This document shows positions 26,565 to 36,800 of a stretch of DNA of 64,000 bases, one piece after another. Origin of the DNA: Thermoplasmata archaeon (GTDB taxonomy: Archaea; Thermoplasmatota; DTKX01; DATEUP01); assembly GCA_041485285.1 (NCBI GenBank), contig JBGPJF010000001.1, positions 17,669-81,668 on the forward strand, read 5' to 3'. The notes below the pieces were generated by a model. It made no database searches, had not been told where the DNA came from, and saw nothing but the letters and a program-made list of their open reading frames with translations. Position 1 is the stretch's first letter. Every line of letters begins with the position of its first letter. Both the position numbers and the translations under genes were made by a program.

Positions 26565-27050
26565 TCACTTCGCGGGCCGGTACCTGTAGAACACGCGCCC
26601 GTCTGCAAGCTTGTGCACCTTGAACTCCAGGGGCATCCCGATTTTCATGTCCTCGTGCTTCGCGTCATCCACGCGCGCGAGGATCTTGAACCGGGTCCCC
26701 TCGACCTCGACGACCGCGATGACGAAGGGCATGTCCTGCTCCATCCCCATCGGCGCGCCGAGCATCATGGCCGTGTGCGCGAACACCTTCCCTTTCTTCG
26801 ACATTTCGCGCCACTCCAGGGTCTCGATCGTGCACTGGTCGCAGGCCACGCGCGGCGGGAAGTGCAGGCGCTCGCAGTGCTTGCAGTAGGTCGTGATGAA
26901 CCGCCCCTCGCGCAGCGCGTCGAAGAACGGCGAGATCTGCGTGTACGCCGCGTCCTCGAGCGGGTAGAAGTCGAGGAGGTAGGGGAGCGGCTCAGGGACG
27001 GGGTTCGCGGGCGGCAGCTTCGCGGCGGCCTTGGGGGCGGGCGTGGTCAT
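26565..27050 (-). CDS. DUF35 Zn-ribbon/OB-fold protein, partner of thiolase
   Basis: C-x2-C...C-x2-C (CKHCERLHFPPRVACDQC) followed by an OB-fold. ATG at 27050 (MTTPAP). 4 bp after the thiolase stop. Confidence 0.8.
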   Translation of the reverse strand: MTTPAPKAAAKLPPANPVPEPLPYLLDFYPLEDAAYTQISPFFDALREGRFITTYCKHCERLHFPPRVACDQCTIETLEWREMSKKGKVFAHTAMMLGAPMGMEQDMPFVIAVVEVEGTRFKILARVDDAKHEDMKIGMPLEFKVHKLADGRVFYRYRPAK

Positions 27051-27054
27051 CGCA

Positions 27055-28248
27055 TCAGCCCCCCACCGTCGGCGAGCGGCCCCACACAAGGACGCTGTGG
27101 ACGTTCGCGGCGCCCGATAGGTTGTGCGTCATGGCCATTTCGGCGCCCTCGACCTGGCGCTTGGCAGGCACCTTGGACTGGAACTGCCAGAGAACCTCCG
27201 CAATCTGCGAGATGCCGGTGGCGCCGAGCGGGTGACCCATGCCGAGGAGCCCGCCGCGCGGGTTGAATGGAATCTTGCTGCCGATGTACGGGTTGCCCTC
27301 TTCGATGAATTTCCCGCCCTCGCCCTTCTTGCAGAAGCCGAGGTCCTCGTACTCGATGAGCTCGGAAATGGAGAAGCAGTCGTGCGACTCGACGAAGTCG
27401 AGGTCGCTTGGGCCGATTCCCGCCATCTTGTAGGCCTCGCGGCTCGCGATCTTCGCGGGCTCCCAGGTGGTCCAGTTCGAGAGGTTGGCGAGGTTCCCGC
27501 CGATCGCGCTCTGGCCGGAGCCTTGGATGTAGGCGGCCTGGTCGGTGAATTCCTTCGCGCGCTCCGCGCAGGTCACGAGCACGGCGGCTGCGCCGTCGGT
27601 GATCCCGGAGCAGTCGAAGAGCTTGAGGGGCGGCGCGATCATGCGCGACGAGAGCACCTTCTCCTTAGGGACGGGCTTTTGGAATTGCGCGTAAGGATTG
27701 GTCGTGGAGTTCTCGTGGTTTTTCTCGGAGACCAGGGCCATCTGCTCCTCGGTGGTCCCATATTCGTGCATGTGCCGCATCGCGGTGAGCGCGAAGAACG
27801 GCGGAGCGGATGCGCCCGCGGGGCCGTCGAACTCGCGGTCGAGAACGCAAGCCATCGAGGTCTGCGCTTCGGCCATGTTGGGGAGATTCATTTTCTCGAC
27901 GCCGATGCACAGCGCCACCTCCGAGAGGCCCGAGGCGATCGCCATCGCCGCGGAGCGCACGGCGCTCTGTCCGGACGAGCAGGCGAGTTCGGTGCGCTGC
28001 ACGACGCGCCAGGGCTTCACGCCGAGCATGTCGGCGACGAGCGGGGCCACGTGCGACTGGAACGCGAAGCGCTCGGGTTCCGCCGCGCCAACGAACAGCG
28101 AATCGACCTGCTTGCGGTCAAGGTTCGGGACCGCCTTGAAGAGTTCACGCCCGGCCTCCTGGGCAAGCTCGCGCCAGGTCGCGTTGCGGATGCCCCAGCG
28201 CGTGTGGCCGGCGGCCACGACGGCGACTTTGCCCTTGATGCCGGACAT
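27055..28248 (-). CDS. Thiolase-like protein (archaeal acetyl-CoA acetyltransferase / SCP-x-type)
   Basis: 397 aa with catalytic-Cys region ...TELACSSGQSAV... and C-terminal GHPLGATG. Confidence 0.85.
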   Translation of the reverse strand: MSGIKGKVAVVAAGHTRWGIRNATWRELAQEAGRELFKAVPNLDRKQVDSLFVGAAEPERFAFQSHVAPLVADMLGVKPWRVVQRTELACSSGQSAVRSAAMAIASGLSEVALCIGVEKMNLPNMAEAQTSMACVLDREFDGPAGASAPPFFALTAMRHMHEYGTTEEQMALVSEKNHENSTTNPYAQFQKPVPKEKVLSSRMIAPPLKLFDCSGITDGAAAVLVTCAERAKEFTDQAAYIQGSGQSAIGGNLANLSNWTTWEPAKIASREAYKMAGIGPSDLDFVESHDCFSISELIEYEDLGFCKKGEGGKFIEEGNPYIGSKIPFNPRGGLLGMGHPLGATGISQIAEVLWQFQSKVPAKRQVEGAEMAMTHNLSGAANVHSVLVWGRSPTVGG

Positions 28249-28287
28249 CGACGTTGCGGACGAAGCGCCGGGGGATAAAGGGTGCGT
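28148..28287. repeat. Direct-repeat copy 1, about 140 bp, covering the thiolase start codon, its first ~34 codons and its upstream region
   Basis: About 90% identical to 29688..29826 by direct comparison. For example gggcaagctcgcgccaggtcgcgttgcggatgccccagcgcgtgtggccg versus gggcaagctcacgccagatctcgttgcggatgccccagcgcgagtggccg. Confidence 0.6.
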
Positions 28288-28311
28288 TTACCGTCGGCGG
28301 GGGGCGCCACC

Positions 28312-29616
28312 TTACGCGCGCCGGGTGAGGAACCAGTCCAAGGCCCCGTGGCCCTGCACTCCCTGGGGGAGCTCCCCGCCGGGAGTGTCCAAACTCACGA
28401 GTTGCAGCTTCGCGCGCGGGTACCGCCGCGCGCCTTCCTTGAGTGCTCGCGCTTCGCGCTCCAGGGTCTCGCCCTCCGGGGCCGCACACACCTGGATCAA
28501 GGCCTCCTCCCCCGAAGGGAAACGAGCGAGGAAATCCACCTCGAAGCCGCTCGAAGTGCGGACATAGGCGACCTGCGCGCCTTGGCGATCCAACTCGAGG
28601 AGCACGCAAGTTTCGAGGGCGTGGCCGAGGTTTGCGCGCCCCGATCGGTCGAAGACCGGGATAAGGCCCGGGTCGATCGGGTACACCTTCCGCGGGTTGA
28701 CCATCCGCTGCCGTTCGGAGCCGGCTGCAATGGAGATGGTCCGGACGAGGAAGGCGTCCTCGAGGTGGGACAGGTAGGCGTGCAACGTGCCCTTCGCGAC
28801 CTGCATCCCCTGCGAACGCAAGTCGTTGTAGAACTTGTTCACGCTGAATGCCCCCCCGGCGTTTGCAAGCAGGTGGCGGGCCATCGATCGGAGGGCCAAG
28901 GGGTGACTAACGGCGTGGCGCTCTACCACGTCACGCAAAAGGGCCACATCTACGAGGCCGCGCAGGAGCTCCGTCCGGTCGCGGGCTCCCAACCCGACGG
29001 CTTCAGGAAAGCCTCCGCACTTGAGGTACTCGCGAAGTGCCTTCCCAAGCGCGGAGCGCTCCGCCTTCGCAAGCCGCTGAGGTGCCTTCTTAGGTTCTCG
29101 CCCGAGGTGGCGCAGGTATTCACGAAAGCTGAAAGGGTAAACAAGCGCCTCGACCGCGCGCCCCCGCATGCTTGTGGCCACTTCACGTGAAAGCAGCCGC
29201 GCCGAAGACCCGGACAGGAAGAGGTCCAACCGTTCGGTGTCGAGCAGCCGGCGCGCGAACGTCTCCCAACCGCGGACCGTCTGAATCTCATCGAGGAACC
29301 ACGTCGCCTTGCGCTTGTCGCGCCAGGCGGGGTGGAGCAGGTAGTATTCCTCGGCCACGTGCTGGAGGTCGGCCGCGGTCATCCCCCCGAGCCGCTCGTC
29401 CTCGAAACCCAAGTAGAGGAGGCCCTCGCGGGGCGTGCCGCCGGCCAAGCGCTGCGCGAGGAGCTGCCAGAGGAAGGTGGTCTTGCCAGCCCGGCGGGGC
29501 CCGATAACGGCGACGGCCCTCCCCGGCACATTGGGGACATGGATGTCGCGCGGCGTCAGGGGCGGTGGGGCCGTGGCGAGGGAGTCGACGATCTTCTGGC
29601 GGAGGAGCTCGCGCAT
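28312..29616 (-). CDS. AAA+ ATPase, DUF4143 family (COG1373-like)
   Basis: Walker A VIGPRRAGKTTFL, Walker B WFLDEIQ, and a C-terminal DUF4143-like region. ATG at 29616 (MRELLRQ). An AT-rich gaaatagataatattt TATA box lies upstream, with an 11-mer tttgtcctcct repeated twice in the promoter. Confidence 0.8.
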   Translation of the reverse strand: MRELLRQKIVDSLATAPPPLTPRDIHVPNVPGRAVAVIGPRRAGKTTFLWQLLAQRLAGGTPREGLLYLGFEDERLGGMTAADLQHVAEEYYLLHPAWRDKRKATWFLDEIQTVRGWETFARRLLDTERLDLFLSGSSARLLSREVATSMRGRAVEALVYPFSFREYLRHLGREPKKAPQRLAKAERSALGKALREYLKCGGFPEAVGLGARDRTELLRGLVDVALLRDVVERHAVSHPLALRSMARHLLANAGGAFSVNKFYNDLRSQGMQVAKGTLHAYLSHLEDAFLVRTISIAAGSERQRMVNPRKVYPIDPGLIPVFDRSGRANLGHALETCVLLELDRQGAQVAYVRTSSGFEVDFLARFPSGEEALIQVCAAPEGETLEREARALKEGARRYPRAKLQLVSLDTPGGELPQGVQGHGALDWFLTRRA

Positions 29617-29683
29617 TTGTCCTCCTAAGAAGGACGAAATAGATAATATTTGTCCTCCTGATGGGGACAATTTTGGCGCCCCC

Positions 29684-29826
29684 TCAACGGCCCGCCTCAT
29701 GGGCAAGCTCACGCCAGATCTCGTTGCGGATGCCCCAGCGCGAGTGGCCGGGGGCCAGGGCCGCGACTTTGCCCTGGAGGCCGGACATCGGCTGGGCCCA
29801 CGAGGAGCCGGGGTAAGAATAGTGCG
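29684..29826 (-). pseudogene. Duplicated thiolase 5' fragment, which is direct-repeat copy 2 of the pair flanking the ATPase gene
   Basis: Encodes MSGLQGKVAALAPGHSRWGIRNEIWRELAHEAGR* compared with the thiolase N-terminus MSGIKGKVAVVAAGHTRWGIRNATWRELAQEAGRELF. It terminates after 34 codons. Confidence 0.55.
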
Positions 29827-29905
29827 CGCAGGAGGTTCGCCCAGGCGCCCTTGGCGCGGGCCCGCGATTCCTCCAAGCCCCGCCCCATTGGCCCCCAAAA
29901 AGTAA

Positions 29906-31090
29906 GTGACCGTTGCCATATCCCTCGCCCGTCTCATGCCGTGGTCCCCGTTTGGCAAGAAAGCCGATGACCCTCGGCCCGCCGGGCCGACCGCCTACGC
30001 TTCGCTGCGAGAAAAGTGGCTCCTCGGCGAGGTGATCCGGCTCGCCGGCCCAGGCGAACAAGACTCGGTCATCGCGGTTCTGTTTGACAAGGCCGTTGGC
30101 GACGGCCACGTCACGTTTGTGGCCGCAGAGGATGGAACGGCGAGCATGTACACAAGCAGGGGTGGTGGGATTATTGGGTCGGGGCGCCACGCCTCAGCGG
30201 CAGCCGCAGCGCTTGGCCTCGTTGGCTGTGCCCAGAGTTATGTGAGCCTCTTGCCCCTCGCTAAGTCCTTCCCCCTCCCCCAGGCGCCGCGCGTTGCCTT
30301 CCACATCGTCACGCGCGGCGGGGTGCACTCAGCCGCTTTCGACCCTGGCGCGATGCGCAGCAGCCACCGCCTTTCGCCCCTCGAAACTGCGCGGGGAAAC
30401 CTCGTCACCCAGACGAGACTGCTCGACGAGCGCAGACAACGAGGGGCCCTCGGTCCACACGAAATCGATGCGCAGGTTTTTGCCGATGGCGGAATCTGCG
30501 TGCGCGTTCCGCCGGACCCGACCCCAACTTGGCTTACCGCAAACGGGCTGAAAGTGGTCCTTGCCATCGGACACGCAAACGGGGACCGTTTGGCCGTTCA
30601 CATCGAACCGGGGGACGAGAAGGCACAAGCGGGAGCGCTCCGAGCGATCGACGCAGCCGGGTACACGGGGGCGTTTTCCGAGGTGCCCAAGATGATCGGC
30701 TACAAGAATCGGATGGCGACCATTCACCACGCGGTCGAGAGCGCCCGCGCGGACATCGTTTTGGAGCAACTTGCCCTCGGCACGAGTATCGAAGCGCGCG
30801 ACGGCGACGGCTACACGCCCCTGTTGCTCGCCGCGATGCAAGGGCGGACGGCAATCTTCCAAGTCCTCGTGCAACGGCATGCCGACTTCCGTGCCCGCGA
30901 CCGGTTCCAGAACACCGCGTTAATCTACGCCGCGCAGGTCGGCGATGTGGGGATTGCCAGGCACCTGTACATCCTTGGTGCAGACCTGGGCGCAAAAGGC
31001 CAGAACGGCCTCACCGCGCTCCAAGTCGCCACGCAGTGCGGCCACCGCGAGGTGGCGCAGCTCTTGCAGGCCGTCAGCGCCAGCGAATAG
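29906..31090 (+). CDS. Ankyrin-repeat protein (3-4 C-terminal ANK repeats) with a ~270-aa N-terminal domain of unknown family
   Basis: ...DGDGYTPLLLAAMQGRTAIFQVLVQRHADFRARDRFQNTALIYAAQVGDVGIARHLYILGADLGAKGQNGLTALQVATQCGHREVAQLL has ANK consensus. Confidence 0.7.
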   Translation: MTVAISLARLMPWSPFGKKADDPRPAGPTAYASLREKWLLGEVIRLAGPGEQDSVIAVLFDKAVGDGHVTFVAAEDGTASMYTSRGGGIIGSGRHASAAAAALGLVGCAQSYVSLLPLAKSFPLPQAPRVAFHIVTRGGVHSAAFDPGAMRSSHRLSPLETARGNLVTQTRLLDERRQRGALGPHEIDAQVFADGGICVRVPPDPTPTWLTANGLKVVLAIGHANGDRLAVHIEPGDEKAQAGALRAIDAAGYTGAFSEVPKMIGYKNRMATIHHAVESARADIVLEQLALGTSIEARDGDGYTPLLLAAMQGRTAIFQVLVQRHADFRARDRFQNTALIYAAQVGDVGIARHLYILGADLGAKGQNGLTALQVATQCGHREVAQLLQAVSASE

Positions 31091-31151
31091 GCACCCGCTC
31101 AACGAGGCCAACCTGGCGGCCGAGGTAGCCCGCCGTGTTGCGGCCAGAAGC

Positions 31152-32849
31152 CTACTTCCTGCCCTTGCCCTTCTCCTCGCTGTCCTCAACGAGCGAGCCC
31201 GCCGCCGACAAGTTCCTCAGGATGTTCTTGACCTCGTCGTCCGAGAGCTTGCTTAGCACATTCTGGAGCTTCGACACGTCGATCCCCGCGTCGGTCGCGA
31301 GCGACGCGAGCCGCCCGAGGCTGCCCCCGCCGCCGCTTGCAACGCCGCGCACGAGTTGACCGAGCGACACGCCGGTCATCGACTCGAGCATCGCGCTGGC
31401 CTTCATGGCCCCTTGCGCGACGTTCTCGACGAGCCCCGCCGGCCCGCCGGCGCCGCCCATCATGATGAGCTTGTCCGTGCCCGCGAGCGGCTGGGCCATC
31501 TCGCGCACGATGCTCGGCAGGCCCTCGACCACGACCTGGAGTTTGGCCGCGTCCTGGTACCTCGACCAGGCCTCGGCCTTCTTCATCATGGCCGCGGCCG
31601 TCGCCGTCCCGGTCGCCTCGATGGCGGCGGCCTCGGAGAGACCCTTTGCCTTGATGATGTCGGCCTCCGCGAGACCGACCGCGCGCGTCTTGTCGCCGTC
31701 GGCGACCCCCGTCACGCGGATGATGTTCGCGTTGGCTTCTCCTTGGACCTGGATGACGTCGGCCTGCGCCTTCCCGCGCGCAAAGGTCGCGGAGGCCTCC
31801 CCGTTGGCGCGCAGCACGGTCGCGCGCTGGTCGCCCTCGGCAATGGTCGCCGCCCGGTCGGCCTCGGCTTTGGCCGGGACGCGGATTGTGGCTTCGACCT
31901 CCTTCGTCTTGCGCTCGATTTCCTTCTGCTGGAGGTCGATCTGCCGCTCCTTCTCCTTGATCTGGATGTTGACCTCGGCCTGGACGAGTTCCTGGCGCCG
32001 CACGCGGTCCTGCAGGTCGAAGGCGATCTCCTTGTTCGCGCGCTCAATTTCGACTTGCGCCTGGTACTGGTTGACCTTGACGTCGCGCTCCCGCTGGGCC
32101 GCGGCAATCGCCGCGTCGGCCTCGAAGCGGGCCTGCTGCCCCTGCTTGTCGTAATCGGCCGACTTCTGGATCGCTTCCATGCGCGCCGCGGATTCGCCGA
32201 TGACGGCGTCACGCGTGGCGTTGGCCTGGCCGACCCGCGCGTCCCTTTGGACTTCGGCGGTGCGCCGCTTGCCGAGCGCTTCGAGGTACCCTTGCGTGTC
32301 GCTGATGTCCTTGACCTGGAGCGAGATGATTTCGAGCCCCATGTTGCCAAGCTCGGGCACCGCGACTTCGCGGATCTTGCTTGCCAGCGTCTCGCGGTCG
32401 GCGTTGATCTGCTCGACTTCGAGGGTCGCGCACACGCCGCGGACCTGGCCGATGATCGTGGCCTCCGCGAGCTGGCCCACGCCCTCGCGGGTCTTGCCAA
32501 GCAGCTGCACCGAGGCGACGTTGAGCTTCGTCTTCTCGTTCGAGATCTTGATCTGCGCGACGCACTCGACCGTGAGGGGCACCCCCGAGTGGGTGATGAC
32601 CGCCGGGACGTGGATTTCGAGCGTCTGCAGCGAGAGGTCGAGGTACGCGACTTGCTCGACGATGGGGTAGACGAATTTGCCGCCGCCTTGGATGACCTCG
32701 AACCCGATGTCCTTCCTCCGGCGCCCGAACACGACCATGGCTTGGTTCGGGGGGACGCGCTTGTAGCGCCGGGCGTAGATCACGAAGCCTGCAATTACAA
32801 TCACGATTACAGCCACAAACACAATCGGAAGAATTTCTTCGCCAGCCAT
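31152..32849 (-). CDS. Flotillin / SPFH (band-7) family protein
   Basis: N-terminal TM, SPFH domain, and a long Ala/Glu-rich coiled coil (EA repeats). ATG at 32849 (MAGEEILPIV). Confidence 0.85.
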   Translation of the reverse strand: MAGEEILPIVFVAVIVIVIAGFVIYARRYKRVPPNQAMVVFGRRRKDIGFEVIQGGGKFVYPIVEQVAYLDLSLQTLEIHVPAVITHSGVPLTVECVAQIKISNEKTKLNVASVQLLGKTREGVGQLAEATIIGQVRGVCATLEVEQINADRETLASKIREVAVPELGNMGLEIISLQVKDISDTQGYLEALGKRRTAEVQRDARVGQANATRDAVIGESAARMEAIQKSADYDKQGQQARFEADAAIAAAQRERDVKVNQYQAQVEIERANKEIAFDLQDRVRRQELVQAEVNIQIKEKERQIDLQQKEIERKTKEVEATIRVPAKAEADRAATIAEGDQRATVLRANGEASATFARGKAQADVIQVQGEANANIIRVTGVADGDKTRAVGLAEADIIKAKGLSEAAAIEATGTATAAAMMKKAEAWSRYQDAAKLQVVVEGLPSIVREMAQPLAGTDKLIMMGGAGGPAGLVENVAQGAMKASAMLESMTGVSLGQLVRGVASGGGGSLGRLASLATDAGIDVSKLQNVLSKLSDDEVKNILRNLSAAGSLVEDSEEKGKGRK

Positions 32850-32853
32850 GGTT

Positions 32854-33456
32854 TCACACTCCAGTCTTGTTTGGTTCCTTGAGTTCTTCAACAAGTGCGA
32901 TGGATTCCTGGATCCGCGTGATCAGCACCGTGGTGCCGACCCCCAACCTGCCGCCTTGGGCCCGCGCGCTCACCGACTGGCGGATGCCGCGCACGGAGAA
33001 CGAGACCGCGCCGATGCCCCCCTCGGGGATGGCTTCCGTGACGGTCGCCACTTTTCCTTCATACTCCTTTTCATGGATGGTTGACGATGCCTGGGACTTC
33101 ACGAGGAAGTTCGCCACGACCAAGAACAGGCCGGCGAAGGCAACGACGCCCGTGACGACCGCGGTGATGGCCGTCAGGAGGGGGTCCCATCCGCCAAACG
33201 AAAGGGCGGTCCCCACAGCGCCAGTGACTCCCATGAAAGTAGATATCATCGGCATGGAGAGCGGCGACAGCCCGGATGAGTCGGCCGCCCCAAGGTCGTG
33301 GCCCAAGCCCCCAACATCTCCGCCCACATCTCCGCCGACGTCACCTCCGACATCGCCGGTGTCGCCACCCGACCCTCCGATGAGGGCAAACAGGAGGAAG
33401 ACGATGCCCGCGAGCATCATGCCGATGTAGATGTACGCATCCGCGGAAATTGCCAT
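32854..33456 (-). CDS. NfeD-like membrane protein with a C-terminal OB-fold (flotillin partner)
   Basis: TM segments and a C-terminal ...VATVTEAIPEGGIGAVSFSVRGIRQSVSARA OB-fold. A (GGDV)4 low-complexity tract. Stop lies 4 bp before the flotillin start. Confidence 0.7.
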   Translation of the reverse strand: MAISADAYIYIGMMLAGIVFLLFALIGGSGGDTGDVGGDVGGDVGGDVGGLGHDLGAADSSGLSPLSMPMISTFMGVTGAVGTALSFGGWDPLLTAITAVVTGVVAFAGLFLVVANFLVKSQASSTIHEKEYEGKVATVTEAIPEGGIGAVSFSVRGIRQSVSARAQGGRLGVGTTVLITRIQESIALVEELKEPNKTGV

Positions 33457-33821
33457 ACGAGGTCCTCCACGCGACGGTTCGCTACGCTGAACGAGCGCGC
33501 AATGGGGATTGCTCCCCGCTTGCCCGTCGTCTCGCGCCCCTATCGTGGAGTACGAGAATTAAACGTATCCCCGCTTGCGTATCGGAAGCGCTAGGGGATT
33601 GGTTTACGCGGGGCAAACGGTTAGATGCGTAATGGCACGCACGCGTGGGGTCGCGCTCCGTGATGCAATAGCGCCGACAGCATCCTGCGAATCCGATTGC
33701 CGGGGTCGCGATGATCGGCGCGATGCCGCGGTTGGCTCCGCTTGCCTCAATCGCGGAACACGCGCCAGCCCCCGTCTGCCAGCCTTTATAACTGGTACGC
33801 AACTTTTCAACGTGCTTTCCC

Positions 33822-36800
33822 ATGCGCGCTCCCGTGGCCATGTCTGGCAGGCAACGCGCGCGGTGTGTGTCTCTGGCCGTGCTGATGTTTATGGGGGCGC
33901 TCCTGCCGGCCTTGCCGGCGGCGCTGGGGGCGACGCTTGCCGACAACGTGCCGTTTCTTGACTCCCTGGACAGCGGCAACCAGCAGGACGACCACTCCTT
34001 CAACGTCTCGACGGGCACCTGGGCGGCCCTCGGCACGCTCGTCTACGACCAGGCAGGCAACACGGGCGACCTGCGCAGCGAATTGCGGCAGGGGTCCACG
34101 GCCGGCGCGATGATCGCGTCCGACTCCGCGGGCGACGTCGACTCGACATCGCGCCTCTCCGTGCTGGCGGTGAACGGCTTCGGCCTCGGCTCGGGGGCGA
34201 CCTTCTGGGCCTCCGAGGTGCTCCTCAATGACGCGCCTTCGTACGCGGTCGAGTTCGAGGGCACGCCGACCGTGATGTTCGCCAACCCCTACATCGACAG
34301 CTCGTCGATCGGCGCTAGCGGCGTCCTCCAAGCCTACCAGGTGTTCCTCAACAAGCGCGACACGCTGGACATCCGCCTCGCCGTGCCGAGCACGTACACC
34401 TACAACTACAATCTCCAGCTCTTCCTCTTCGGCGGCAGCAGTTCAAACTTCTACAGTGCTGCCGGGGTCGGGACAAGCGGCCCTGCCGCGCAGTCGGGCG
34501 GCCCCGACAACTCCGACCAGTACCTCCGTTACACCGCGCCCGTGTCGGGGTGGTTCTTGCTCCTCATTGGCAACACGCGCGAACTTGCCAATGTCCCGTA
34601 CACGCTCACCGTCTACACCAACGGCAAGGCCCTTGCCGACACCCAGCCCGACGGCGGCACGGTCGACAGCTGGAACACGAACGACGACTTCGCGTTTGCA
34701 AACCCCGCAAGCGACTGGGGCTTCGTCGCGCTGCGCAACGACAACGCCGGGTACGGCGAGTGGGTCACCGCCGAGATGCACTCCCCCACCTTCGACTCGA
34801 ACGTCCTTGCGTCGGAGAGCCCCGCGGCGGGGTCGGAGCGCGCAGGCGTCATTGCGGTCAACCGGAACGCGCCGAGTTCCGCCTCCAACACCTCGCTCAT
34901 CACGGTGAAGTGGGGGCCCTACGCGCTCTTCCCCGTGGCCTACACGCTCGAGATGGACAACCGCGTGCCGCTGCTCGCCTCGAGCGAGACGCCCGTCCGG
35001 ATGAATTTCAGCGCCGGGGAGATCCTGCGCGGCGGGGAGATCGCGCTTTCCGCCGGCCAGACCGTGGAGATCCACGTCGGCGTCGACCCGCTGTTCACCT
35101 ACCCCCACGAGCTCGAGCTCATCGTGTTCGCGCCGGGGTCGTCGTACTACTCGGGAAGCGGGACGGTCGGGACGGGGCCCGTCGCCTCGGCGCGCACCGG
35201 CGTGAACACCGCGCAGGACCTGACGTTCACCGCGAAGAGCACCGGCTACTACGGCGTCGCGGTGCTCTCGCTCAACTCGACCTACATGGTGCCCGTCGAT
35301 GTCACCGTGAAGATCCAAGGGGGGCTCCCGCTCGTGCACAATGACGTCCGCGTCGGCGTGCTCGACGACGGGAACCCCCAGGACCTGTTTGCATTCACGG
35401 TGGACTCCGGTCGGTGGGGCGTCCTCGCGGGCCGGTTCCTCGCCGGCACGGGCGCCTACAAGCAGCAGATTACCACCGGCGGCTTCGACGGCACGCCGGT
35501 CGCCTCGGACACCCTCGGCGCGAGCGCGGCCCTGCCGACGTTCGCCTTCGAGGCCGTGAACGGGTACCGCCAGGCGCCGACGAACTACTACGCCTCGGTC
35601 GTCCGCGTCCAAAACGCGCCGATCTACATGGTCGAGTATGACGCGGCTCCTCTGCCGCTGCCGCGCAACGCCCGCACGAACGTCTCGGTGCCCGACGGCC
35701 AGATCGTGTCGGCCTACGAAGTGAACCTCAACGCTGGAGAGACGGTGGACTTCCGCATGCGCGTGGACGCCGGCTACTCGTACCCCTACAACCTCCAGCT
35801 CTTCCTGCTGGCCCCGGTGTTCCAAGTCTATTCGACTTCGGGCGCGCTTGCGCCTTCCGCTTACGGCGCCTCCGCGGGCACCGAATCGACGGAGCAGGAC
35901 CTGGTGGGCGTGGTGCCCTTCACGGGCAGCTACCTCGTCGTGCTCGCGAACCTGGGGAACCTCACCGAGGTCCCCGCCACCATCGATGTGCGCATCAACG
36001 GCGAGCCGCTCTCCGTCGGCGTCTCGGCCGTGTCCGACCTCAGCGCCGCGAACGCCCTGAATTACTACGCCTTCAGCGCGCCGCCGACCACCTGGACGGT
36101 CGCGGGCGTGAAGATCGGGTCGGCCTCGAAGCCGGCGGACACGCTCGTCCACAGCCTCCACGGCCCGACCCCCGACTCGAACGCGCTTGCCACCGACCGC
36201 GTCCGCGGGATCGGCGCCGAGGGGATCATCGCCATCGACGGGTTCGCGCAGTCCACGAATGCGTCGTACTTCCTCTCGGAGGAGTCGGCGCTCCAGGGCG
36301 CCAACACGATGACCTTCCAGGTGCAGATTGCGACGAGCTTCGTCGGCATCAACACCGTATCGCAGGTCGTGAGCGGCTCGCTGCCGGCCTCGTCGCAGTT
36401 CGTCGGGTTCCAGATCAACCTGAACGCGGGGCAAACGCTTGACCTGCGCCTGCGGCGCGCTGAAGGGTACTCGTACCCCTACTCGCTCGGGCTCCTCGTG
36501 TTCCGCCCGGGTTCGGGCAATGCCTCCTCGTCGGGCGAAGGCGGGGGCGCGCCGATGGTGTCGTCGGCCAACGGCCCGTCGGTCGAGCAGGACGGCATCT
36601 TCACCGCGACGACCACCGGCGTCCACCTCATCCTGGTCGTCAACCTCGACACCCCGCGCGACATCGCGTACGGCCTGAACCTCACGGTCGACGGGTGGCC
36701 GATCGCGAGCGACACGCACATCGCGGGCGACCTGAACTCCTACAACCGCGCCGACCAGTACAACTTCCAGACCGCGGGCGGCGCGTGGACGGCCGCGGGC

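Noticed and set aside
27124-28278. 384-aa + ORF
   Set aside because: Antisense to the thiolase gene.
28148-29826. Interpreting the repeats around the ATPase as a simple tandem duplication of the thiolase start
   Set aside because: A tandem duplication would duplicate the intervening DNA as well. Here a single unrelated gene sits between the copies, which favours an insertion-associated duplication.
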